A stretch of 64,000 nucleotides of DNA from an uncultured Acidobacteriota bacterium. Lineage in GTDB: Bacteria; Acidobacteriota; Terriglobia; Terriglobales; Acidobacteriaceae. Below the pieces are notes generated by a model. It had not been told where the DNA came from and ran no database searches. It worked only from the letters and a program-made list of their open reading frames with translations. This document shows positions 1 through 8,069 of this stretch, piece by piece (the stretch's first letter is position 1; every line of letters begins with the position of its first letter). Position numbers and translations under genes: made by a program. The DNA is taken from NCBI GenBank assembly GCA_963706455.1, contig CAVPNO010000099.1, positions 98,967 to 162,966 of the forward strand, written 5' to 3'.

Positions 1-3000
1 TCGATATTCCATGCACCTGGACCGCGGAGCGAGTTGCGGTGCATCATGTCGCCAGGGAACGGTCCGAAGTCGGAGATACCGAGCGTGCTGCTGAGGGGAA
101 CAAACGACTTGGGAAGCGGAATATTCAAGCCGTTGAAGGTGTTGGGTCCCAGGCGCAGGGGATGTTTGCTGACCGACTCGGAATAGAAAGGCGTGGCAGG
201 CTCCAGGCGGGGCACGGTAATGCCGGTTCCGTCCTCGCTGTAGTCGAATACCGAGAATGGTACTCCGCCGCGCGCGGTGTAAATGCCGGAAAGTGCCCAG
301 CCGCCCAGAGCCCGACGCTTGATTGCCGATCCCTGCTTGAACCATGGTGTCTGCCAGATAGGAGCGACGGTTAAGCGCTGGCGAATATCATAGTCGGCGC
401 TGCCCCAATCCAGGCGCGGATCGGCCAGCGAGGTATATCCGAGCGAACCAATATAACCCGATCCACCTTGCAGGCTGTCACCAAAGGTTGAGCTAAGTTC
501 GTCAAGCGCGTGAGACCAGGTGTAATTGGCGGCCATGCTCAGACCTGTCTGATGAAAGTTCTGCATCTGTACCCTGACGTTAAGGCCATCATAGAAGCTG
601 GCCGCGCCGCTGCCGCGCATGTTGACGTTGGTATATTGCGCGTTGGGGCGGGTGAGACACTCCGAGATACCCGTGATTTTATTGGTGACGCCGGAATTGG
701 AGCAGTTGGTGTTGCTCTGAACCACCGAATCGCCGAGATAAACCTGTCCTGCGCCAACCTGATTTACATCCGCAAGATCGTAAAGATGGTTTCCCTTTGC
801 TCCGACGTAAGCGATCTCCGCTAATGCTCCGCGAGAGAATTGGTGTTGAACGGCAAGGCTCCAGAACTGGGTTTGCGCGACTTCGATGTTCTGATCGAGA
901 TGGCGAAGTTCCACCGGCGGCAGGTATTGTGGCCCGATGGATTGGCCCAGAGGCCCGAGATCATTGTTGGTCACTGTTGCGTTACAGCTTGCATCTTCTG
1001 CCGAACAAGCATCGCTGATCACGGCGCTAGCCGGCGGATTGAAACTGGCGTTGTAGGTTATGTTGCCGAAGTTGCGCTCGTAGCTGATGCCGTAGCCGCC
1101 GCGCACGCTGTCACGCCCATTGCCGAAGAGGTCATAAGCGAAGCCGACGCGAGGCGCAAACGTTCCCCAACGGGACTTCCAGAAACCATGTGCCGCACTC
1201 TGGCCCGCAATCTCGACTTGTCCGCTCCGTACCTGCGACTCCAGGGTACTGCCCGAGCCAAAGTAGAAGTTAGAGTCAAGGCCAGGGTGGTTGTTGTGCT
1301 GCACTCCGTAGTGCTCGTACCGGAGACCGGCATTGAGGGTCAACCGCGGCGTCACCTTGTAGGTGTCCTCTCCATACCCAGCCCAATCCTTGTAGCGATA
1401 GCTGCGGGCAAAGGATGCTTCGGCAAGGGGCGTCTGGATTGCGCAGGAGGCATTGTCAATGACAACGCCAAAGCTGCCGTCGGTGGTCGAAGTGTCGACA
1501 GGGCACGGAAGCTTTCCCTGGGGGTCGGCCCGTGTCGCGAACGAAGTTAGCGGTGCGCCGTTGGGGTTCCCAGCGGTGTTCATCATGTCGTTCAAGCTGT
1601 CCTGAAACGTGGAGCCAAGCTGCTCGACTGCCTGGGCATAGGCCCCGGAAGCGTAATTCAACTGGATGTAAGTGTCCAGGAATCCAAAATGCATGGAGTG
1701 TTTGCCCTTGGTCCATGAAAGATCGGGTTCGAACTGAATGGTGTTTTGAGGACCGCCGGCCGGCAGGCCACCCAGTCCCGGTTCGCTAAAGTTTTCCAGT
1801 CCCGGCATCTGAATTAATGCGCCGGAATTCGGGTCGGTTGGCGAGACAAACATCAGGTTCGGAACGTAGATGAGCTTGGGATCAAAAGAGGTGTTTTCGT
1901 TAAAGCGCGTGTAGCTCGCCTTGGCGCTCAGAAACAGGTTGGGCGTGAAGATATGGGAAACACTGTAGAGATAACTCTGGTTCAGGAAGGTGGTGCCGGT
2001 GTCGTACTGTGGATAGGCGCTGTACGAATTGGATCCGGGGAGTTGGATGGAGTTCTCGCGGCCTCCGCGAAAGAACATCTGGGTCTTGTCCGTGGGGTTG
2101 TAGTCCACGCGGCCGACGAGATCGTAAGTATTTTGGGGAATGCCGCCACCCGCGTCGAATGGCGCGCTGAAGTTGACGGTATCAAACATCGGGGTCGACG
2201 TCGGAATCGCCGTTGCGTTGTTGACCGAACCGAAGGTAACGCCTTTGGCCGCAACTTGCCCAACCGTCGAAGCAACTCCTGCGGACGCGAGTGTCGTTTG
2301 GCCGTAAGCCTTGTAATAGTTCTGGATGTTCGCGGGCATCAAGGCAATGAACGCGGGATCGAAGACTTCCTCGCTTTCGGTGGCGGCGCTGCGCACGCGC
2401 GTCCATTCCGTGCTCTCAAAGATGAAGATTTTGTCCTTTTTGATAGGGCCGCCGGCAGCGTATCCAAATTGGTTGCGAGTGTAAATGCCTTTCGGATCGG
2501 GCAGGGGCCCGGACCCGCCTCCCGCGAGGAACGCCGCATTGGCTGCATCGTTGCCGTAAGTGTTGGCGGTATACGCGGAGAGGCGATTGAACTCCCAGGC
2601 CGATCCATGGAAGTTGTTAGTGCCGGCCTTGGTAGTGACGTTGATGACACCGCCGGAGGCGCGTCCGTATTCTGCCGAATAGTTACTGGTGATCACGCTG
2701 AATTCCTGGGTGGCGTCCACCGGAACGTCTTCGCCGATGGCCTGGGTAAAAATGGAAATGTTTTCCATGCCGTCGAGCAGGATTTCAGTGCCGGATTCGC
2801 GCTGGCCGTTGATGGAATAACCAACGCCGCGATTTTGCTGGTTCTGGCCGCTGCCCAATTGGTCAATAGCGCTGGCGCCGCTGTTCGTGCTGTTGTCGCC
2901 CCCAGAGACATTTCCTGCGAGGGCGATGAAATCGTAGGGATTGCGGGTGAGGCTGGGGAGCTCGGCAAGCTGCTGAGTGTCGACGAGCTGTGACATCTCC

Positions 3001-3410
3001 TGGGTCTGGGTATTCACCTGCGCGCCGCCCTCGCCCACCACTTGCACCTCAATTGTGGTCCCGCTCAGTGAGAGCTTTGCGTCGAAAGTCACATGGCCGC
3101 CAACGGTCACTTCGACCTTGGCCATAAGGGGCTTGAAGCTGCTGGATGTCACAGTTACCTGATAAATTGCCGGCTCAAGCCCTGGGACCAGATAGGAACC
3201 GGACGCTGAACTGACGGTGTTCCGCTCGGCGTTGCTATTGAGATTCTTGACGGCCACATTTGCGTTGGGCACCACGGCGCCCGTTTGATCCGTCACCGTG
3301 CCTGATATTTGACCGGCCTCAAGCTGCCCGTACAGACGTGAACCGCCTATCGGGAAAGTCACGACGATGCATAGGGACATTGAAATCAAAAAGAGTCTGG
3401 GGATTCTCAT
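1..3410 (-). CDS. TonB-dependent receptor with N-terminal carboxypeptidase-regulatory-like domain (Oar-like); 3' end lies outside window
   Basis: Manual translation from ATG at 3410 (GGAGG RBS upstream): MRIPRLFLISMSLCIVVTFPIGGSRLYGQLEAGQISGTVTDQTGAVVPNANVAVKN..GSYLVPGLEPAIYQVTV; later NPYDFIAL, YSAEYGRASGGVINVTTK and FHGSAWEFNR motifs. Absent from the ORF track, consistent with no stop before the window edge. Confidence 0.9.
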   Translation of the reverse strand, partial: MRIPRLFLISMSLCIVVTFPIGGSRLYGQLEAGQISGTVTDQTGAVVPNANVAVKNLNSNAERNTVSSASGSYLVPGLEPAIYQVTVTSSSFKPLMAKVEVTVGGHVTFDAKLSLSGTTIEVQVVGEGGAQVNTQTQEMSQLVDTQQLAELPSLTRNPYDFIALAGNVSGGDNSTNSGASAIDQLGSGQNQQNRGVGYSINGQRESGTEILLDGMENISIFTQAIGEDVPVDATQEFSVITSNYSAEYGRASGGVINVTTKAGTNNFHGSAWEFNRLSAYTANTYGNDAANAAFLAGGGSGPLPDPKGIYTRNQFGYAAGGPIKKDKIFIFESTEWTRVRSAATESEEVFDPAFIALMPANIQNYYKAYGQTTLASAGVASTVGQVAAKGVTFGSVNNATAIPTSTPMFDTVNFSAPFDAGGGIPQNTYDLVGRVDYNPTDKTQMFFRGGRENSIQLPGSNSYSAYPQYDTGTTFLNQSYLYSVSHIFTPNLFLSAKASYTRFNENTSFDPKLIYVPNLMFVSPTDPNSGALIQMPGLENFSEPGLGGLPAGGPQNTIQFEPDLSWTKGKHSMHFGFLDTYIQLNYASGAYAQAVEQLGSTFQDSLNDMMNTAGNPNGAPLTSFATRADPQGKLPCPVDTSTTDGSFGVVIDNASCAIQTPLAEASFARSYRYKDWAGYGEDTYKVTPRLTLNAGLRYEHYGVQHNNHPGLDSNFYFGSGSTLESQVRSGQVEIAGQSAAHGFWKSRWGTFAPRVGFAYDLFGNGRDSVRGGYGISYERNFGNITYNASFNPPASAVISDACSAEDASCNATVTNNDLGPLGQSIGPQYLPPVELRHLDQNIEVAQTQFWSLAVQHQFSRGALAEIAYVGAKGNHLYDLADVNQVGAGQVYLGDSVVQSNTNCSNSGVTNKITGISECLTRPNAQYTNVNMRGSGAASFYDGLNVRVQMQNFHQTGLSMAANYTWSHALDELSSTFGDSLQGGSGYIGSLGYTSLADPRLDWGSADYDIRQRLTVAPIWQTPWFKQGSAIKRRALGGWALSGIYTARGGVPFSVFDYSEDGTGITVPRLEPATPFYSESVSKHPLRLGPNTFNGLNIPLPKSFVPLSSTLGISDFGPFPGDMMHRNSLRGPGAWNI

Positions 3411-3820
3411 AGGTGCCTCCAAAAAATCACAACTGCGGTCGTATGTTTCGTTCTCTGTCATGGATGACATCGCGCAAATGTGGCGCGTCACCCGCTCATT
3501 CCCAAATCGCGCCACGGTGATTGTCGCGGTGCATGCCCCGACCGGCGCATTCGAAATCAGAAATACGCCTTCGGCACTCGTCGTGGCTGCGAGACGGATG
3601 CCGATACAAATTGAACTGAATCCAGTTGGTCGATCCTCTAAAGGGGAATCGGACCGACAACTACATTGATATCAACCTATTAAGGGCCGCAGCTCTCCTT
3701 TGCGAGCTGCCGCTCTCAGGGGCCAAACAAACCTGCCCTTGGGAGCAGGAAAATACGCTTTCATTCCCGTTCTCTTAATTAAGTCGAATGGCGCGGGCGT
3801 AAATCGACAATCCGGCTCAT

Positions 3821-4177
3821 TTAATCTTGCGGAAGGCCGGGAACTTCGAGAACCGGTCGGATCTCAACCGTGCCCCAACGACCCGCCGGAATCTCTTCCG
3901 CGATTTCGATGGCTTCGTCAAGATTCTTTGCGTCCACCATGAATATGCCGCCCAACTGTTCCCTGGTTTCTGCGAACGGGCCATCAGTTACGAGACGCTT
4001 GCCGTCACGGGCTCGAAGACTCGTGGCAGTCTGAGTCGGATGCAATGGCGCCGCCAGCACCCGCTTCCCGCTTGCATGGAGTTCCCTGGCATATTCTGCC
4101 GACTCCGCGTAGCACTCGGCCAACTGTGCCTCGCTGAGCGAATTCTCATCGAGATAGATCAGAAACATGTATTGCAT
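3821..4177 (-). CDS. YciI/YCII-related (DGPF) protein
   Basis: 118 aa with VTDGPFAETREQLGG and VEIRP motifs. Confidence 0.9.
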   Translation of the reverse strand: MQYMFLIYLDENSLSEAQLAECYAESAEYARELHASGKRVLAAPLHPTQTATSLRARDGKRLVTDGPFAETREQLGGIFMVDAKNLDEAIEIAEEIPAGRWGTVEIRPVLEVPGLPQD

Positions 4178-4196
4178 CTGAAATCCTCACGATCTT

Positions 4197-4225
4197 GAGT
4201 CGAACGGCTGCCTGCCAAATCGACA
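4197..4225 (-). promoter_or_regulatory. Putative ECF42-type promoter for the YCII gene
   Basis: Minus strand reads TGTCGA-tttggcaggcagccgtt-CGACTC, 20 nt upstream of the YCII start; matches the described ECF42 -35 TGTCGA / -10 CGA(T)C motif. Confidence 0.7.
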
Positions 4226-4247
4226 ATGCGAACCAAGAATCTTATGA

Positions 4248-5501
4248 TTGGCCATGCCTTTGGATGTTTCCAGTGCAGTTGAAGCCGCGTACCGCTCCCA
4301 TTGGGGAAGGATTGTTGCGACACTGATTAGACTCGTAAGCGACTTCGACCTGGCCGAGGAGTGCACCCAGGAGGCCTTCACCGCAGCGCTCGAGCAGTGG
4401 GGTGCCTCCGGTGTTCCCAACAGTCCCTTGGCCTGGCTGATGCAAACCGCCCGGCATAAAGCCATCGATCGCATTCGCCGGCACGAGCGGTACTCCGAAA
4501 AGCTCGAATCCTTCGTTACCTCCGGTTTGTTTCGAACGGTTGAGAAGCCAGATTACAACACGGACGACATCCCGGACGAAAGGCTCCGCCTCATCTTCAC
4601 ATGCTGCCACCCGGCTCTATCGCTGGAATCGCAAGTGACGCTGACCCTTCACACCCTGTGCGGGTTTCAGGCCGACGAAATAGCACGGGCATTTCTCGTG
4701 CCTCCCGCCACCATGGCGCAACGACTTGTTCGAGCCAAGCGAAAGATCCGCATCGCGCGCATTCCATATATAGTTCCCGACTTGAAGGACATGTCCGCCC
4801 GTTTGGTATCGGTGCTGACGGTGGTCTATCTGGTCTTCAACGAAGGCTATGCTGCCACTCGGGGCGATGCCCTGCTGAGAATCGACTTCTGCGCCGAAGC
4901 AATCCGCCTTGCCCGGTTGATCCGCAATCTTATGCTGCCGCAGCCTCCTCGGGAGGTGACGGGACTGCTTGCCCTTATGCTCCTCCACGACGCGCGCCGC
5001 GATGCGCGTCACGATGCCGCCGGCGATCTTGTCCTGCTCGAGGCGCAGCATCGTGAACTCTGGAACCGTGCGCAAATCGATGAGGGCCTCTCGCTGGTTG
5101 AGCATGCCATGAATGGGGTGGCCGGGCCGTTTGCGCTGCAGGCCGCGATCGCCGCGGTGCACTGCAGGGCGGCCAGCGCGGAGAATACAGATTGGCGCGA
5201 GATTCTTCGTCTCTACGACCTTCTTGAAGGTGTGCAGCCGAGTCCGATCGTATCGTTGAATCGAGTTGTCGCTGTGGCAATGGTTGAGGGAGCAACACAG
5301 GCACTCAAAACGATTGAGCCACTTGTGCAAGGCCAAGACCTCGAGAACTTTCATTTGCTTCACTCTACCCGCGCTGACCTGCTGCGGCGAATCGGAGACT
5401 CCTTTGGTGCGGCGAACAGCTACCGGCGCGCGCTCTCTCTTGTTAAGAACGATGCGGAACGTCGATACCTGGAGCGGCGCCTGGAGGAAGTCCAACGGTG
5501 A
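4248..5501 (+). CDS. ECF sigma factor with long C-terminal TPR-like extension (ECF42-like)
   Basis: 417 aa; DLAEECTQEAF (region 2), RLRLIFTCCHPAL, TMAQRLVRAKRKI, VYLVFNEGY, LQAAIAAVH; neighbours a DGPF protein. Confidence 0.9.
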   Translation: MAMPLDVSSAVEAAYRSHWGRIVATLIRLVSDFDLAEECTQEAFTAALEQWGASGVPNSPLAWLMQTARHKAIDRIRRHERYSEKLESFVTSGLFRTVEKPDYNTDDIPDERLRLIFTCCHPALSLESQVTLTLHTLCGFQADEIARAFLVPPATMAQRLVRAKRKIRIARIPYIVPDLKDMSARLVSVLTVVYLVFNEGYAATRGDALLRIDFCAEAIRLARLIRNLMLPQPPREVTGLLALMLLHDARRDARHDAAGDLVLLEAQHRELWNRAQIDEGLSLVEHAMNGVAGPFALQAAIAAVHCRAASAENTDWREILRLYDLLEGVQPSPIVSLNRVVAVAMVEGATQALKTIEPLVQGQDLENFHLLHSTRADLLRRIGDSFGAANSYRRALSLVKNDAERRYLERRLEEVQR

Positions 5502-5791
5502 TGGCTTAGCATTTTGACCTCTTCCCGCGGGTGTCCGAATCGAAAGTGAGAACACTTTCGGGAGAGATGGCCGCGGGCAATCTCAGGGACCAGTCCGATC
5601 CCGGCGACGAACCGGCTCGATCCGCCGGATGAGTCGCCGTGCCAGCGAGCGGGGGCCGGAGATGAAGCTTGATGATTTCGTGGGCGGCAAGCAGGCGGCA
5701 ATGGCACTGGGGGGAAAGATCGAAAACGCCATCGCGAAGGACAATGCGCCGCGTCCCGGAGCGTTCGAATGCGGCGAGTCTCGGAGAATTT

Positions 5792-7657
5792 TCAAATCAT
5801 GTTGAGCGGACCGTGGAGACCCTGAAAATCTGCGCCATAGTCATGCGCGAAGGAGGGGACGGGATTTTCGGAATGCAGAAATTTTTCGGCGAACACCGAC
5901 GCACTCACGGGCCGGCTGAAGTAATAACCCTGGATCTCCTGGCAGCCGATGGAGTGGAGGAGTTTCATCTGTTCGGCGGTCTCCACACACTCGGCAATCA
6001 CCTTCATTTTGAGGACCCTTGCCATGTTGACAATGACCGCGGTCAGCGCCGCATCGCGCGTGTCGGTGAGCACGGAGCGGACGAAGGACTGGTCGATTTT
6101 GAGGCGGGAGAATTGAAAATGGCGCAGGTAGGAAAGGCCGCAGTATCCGATTCCGAAATCATCGATGGCCAATCCCGTTCCCATTTCGGTCAGCTTCTGG
6201 AGCAGCACCATCATCATCTCCGGATCTTCCATCAACTGACTCTCAGTGACCTCCAACTCGAGGTGTTCCGGGCGCATTCCAGTTTCGACGAGTACTTGAT
6301 GTACGGTGGGCAAAAACGACGGATGGCGAAATTGAACCGCGGATACGTTGACGGCCATCACCAGGGGACGTGATTTCTGGCGCTGCCATTCGCACGCCTG
6401 GGCGCAAGCTGTTTTAAGAACCCATTCGCCAATCCGGACTATTTCGCCGGTGTTTTCGGCGACGGGGATAAATCTTGCGGGCGAGACCAGGCCGAGCTCG
6501 GGATGGCGCCAGCGGAGCAAGGCCTCCGCTCCCACGACTCTGCCGCTGGCGATTTCAACCTGGGGCTGGTATTCGACGAAAAGCTGGCCCGCGGCCAGTG
6601 CGTGGCGCAACGCATTTTCGAGGGTCAGTCGCTCCAGCGCCTTGCGGTTCATGTCGGAGGTAAAGAAGCGCCAGGTATCTCTGCCGGCTTCCTTGGCGGC
6701 GTACATGGCGGCATCTGCGTTCTTGATGAGCGTCTCCGGATTGGCTCCGTTTTCAGGAAAGACCGTAATTCCGATGCTGCAGGTAGTGGTCAGAAGACGA
6801 TGCTCGGCGGAAATCTCCTCGGAGATCACCCCCTTGACGCGATCAGCGGCCAGGCCCGCGTCGCTCGAGTCTTTGATACTGCGGAGCACGACTACGAATT
6901 CGTCTCCCCCCAGGCGGGAGACGATGTCCTGCTGGCGGGCGCTGGATTTGAGCCGGTCGGCGACCGATTTCAAGAGAAGATCGCCCACGGAGTGGCCCAG
7001 GGAATCGTTGATCACCTTGAAGTGATCGAGATCGATGAAGAGGAGGCCGACTCTTTCTCCGTGACGCGCGGCTTCGGCGAGCGTGTCGGCGAGGCGTTCG
7101 AGGAGGAAAGCCCGGTTGGGAAGGCCGGTGAGAGCATCGTGATAGGCGAGGAAGCGCAGTTGGTCTTCGCTTTGTTGAAGTTGTTGCTCGACATGGAGGC
7201 GGCGCAACGTCTCGGCCCGCTCGCGGAGGGCGCGCCGGACGGCAGAAGCCAGCCGAACCATGTTCTGCTTCAGTATGTAGTCTGTGGCTCCGTGCCTGAG
7301 GCTCTCCACCGCGTTTTCTTCGCCCATGGTGCCGGTGACGAAAATAAACGGAGTGGCGGGGCAGAGTTGCTTTGCCGTTTCGAGGGCGGACAGGCCGTCG
7401 AACGATGGCAGGGCGAAATCCGACAAGATCAAGTGCCATTGGCGGTTGCGAAGGCAATCCTGGAAGTCGGCCTGCGAACGAACATTGGTGATTTCGCAGT
7501 TCAGCCCGGCTTCCCGCAGCAGGTCGCGCACCAGTTCGATGTCCAGACGGTTGTCTTCGAGGTGCAGAACGGGGACGGTGCCGGATTCCTTAAGCTCGGG
7601 TTGCAACTGTGTCTGCACGAGCAACTCCCTTGAAATCTTGAAACGCCGGCGGCTCAT
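5792..7657 (-). CDS. Response regulator diguanylate cyclase/phosphodiesterase (REC-GGDEF-EAL)
   Basis: REC (LHLED, ILSDFALP, DYILK); HDALTGLPNR; RQQD I-site plus GGDEF; EALLRW, ELEVTES, DDFGIGY, QGYYFSRP. Start uncertain because it overlaps the upstream gene. Confidence 0.92.
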   Translation of the reverse strand: MSRRRFKISRELLVQTQLQPELKESGTVPVLHLEDNRLDIELVRDLLREAGLNCEITNVRSQADFQDCLRNRQWHLILSDFALPSFDGLSALETAKQLCPATPFIFVTGTMGEENAVESLRHGATDYILKQNMVRLASAVRRALRERAETLRRLHVEQQLQQSEDQLRFLAYHDALTGLPNRAFLLERLADTLAEAARHGERVGLLFIDLDHFKVINDSLGHSVGDLLLKSVADRLKSSARQQDIVSRLGGDEFVVVLRSIKDSSDAGLAADRVKGVISEEISAEHRLLTTTCSIGITVFPENGANPETLIKNADAAMYAAKEAGRDTWRFFTSDMNRKALERLTLENALRHALAAGQLFVEYQPQVEIASGRVVGAEALLRWRHPELGLVSPARFIPVAENTGEIVRIGEWVLKTACAQACEWQRQKSRPLVMAVNVSAVQFRHPSFLPTVHQVLVETGMRPEHLELEVTESQLMEDPEMMMVLLQKLTEMGTGLAIDDFGIGYCGLSYLRHFQFSRLKIDQSFVRSVLTDTRDAALTAVIVNMARVLKMKVIAECVETAEQMKLLHSIGCQEIQGYYFSRPVSASVFAEKFLHSENPVPSFAHDYGADFQGLHGPLNMI

Positions 7658-8069
7658 TCACCACCGCCCAGTACTTGCCCAGTGCCTTGACGGCTTCAAA
7701 GAATTCGGTGAAATCCACCGGCTTGACGACGTAGCCGTTGGCACCCAGTTCGTAGCATTCGGTCAGATCGGGTCCCTCGCGCGACGACGTGAGCATGACC
7801 ACGGGGACGTGCTTCATTTCGGAGCTACTCTTGATGGCGCGAAGCACCTCGATGCCGCTGATCTTGGGCATCTTGATGTCGAGGAGCATCACGGCGGGAA
7901 AGCCCTCGTCGGAGCAGCTGGAATGCGCGTGCAGATAGTCCAGGGCCTCGCTGCCGTCGCGCAGCACCGTGACACGATTGGCAAGGTGGCTATCCTCGAG
8001 GGCGGCCAGCGTCAGTTCGATGTCCTTGGCGCTGTCTTCAACCAACAAGATGGGTTTCAACTGGTTCAT
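7590..8069 (-). CDS. Single-domain response regulator (Rcp1-like)
   Basis: MNQLKPILLVEDS..MLLDIKMPK..VMLTSS..GANGYVVKP; start reassigned to ATG 8069 (GGAG upstream). Confidence 0.9.
   Translation of the reverse strand: MNQLKPILLVEDSAKDIELTLAALEDSHLANRVTVLRDGSEALDYLHAHSSCSDEGFPAVMLLDIKMPKISGIEVLRAIKSSSEMKHVPVVMLTSSREGPDLTECYELGANGYVVKPVDFTEFFEAVKALGKYWAVVNEPPAFQDFKGVARADTVATRA

Noticed and set aside
39-3162. Several plus-strand ORFs (for example 840-1550 and 1953-2993)
   Set aside because: Antisense shadows of the minus-strand TBDR.
5583-5795. 70-aa ORF overlapping the GGDEF-EAL stop
   Set aside because: No recognisable motif; cannot be supported as a gene.
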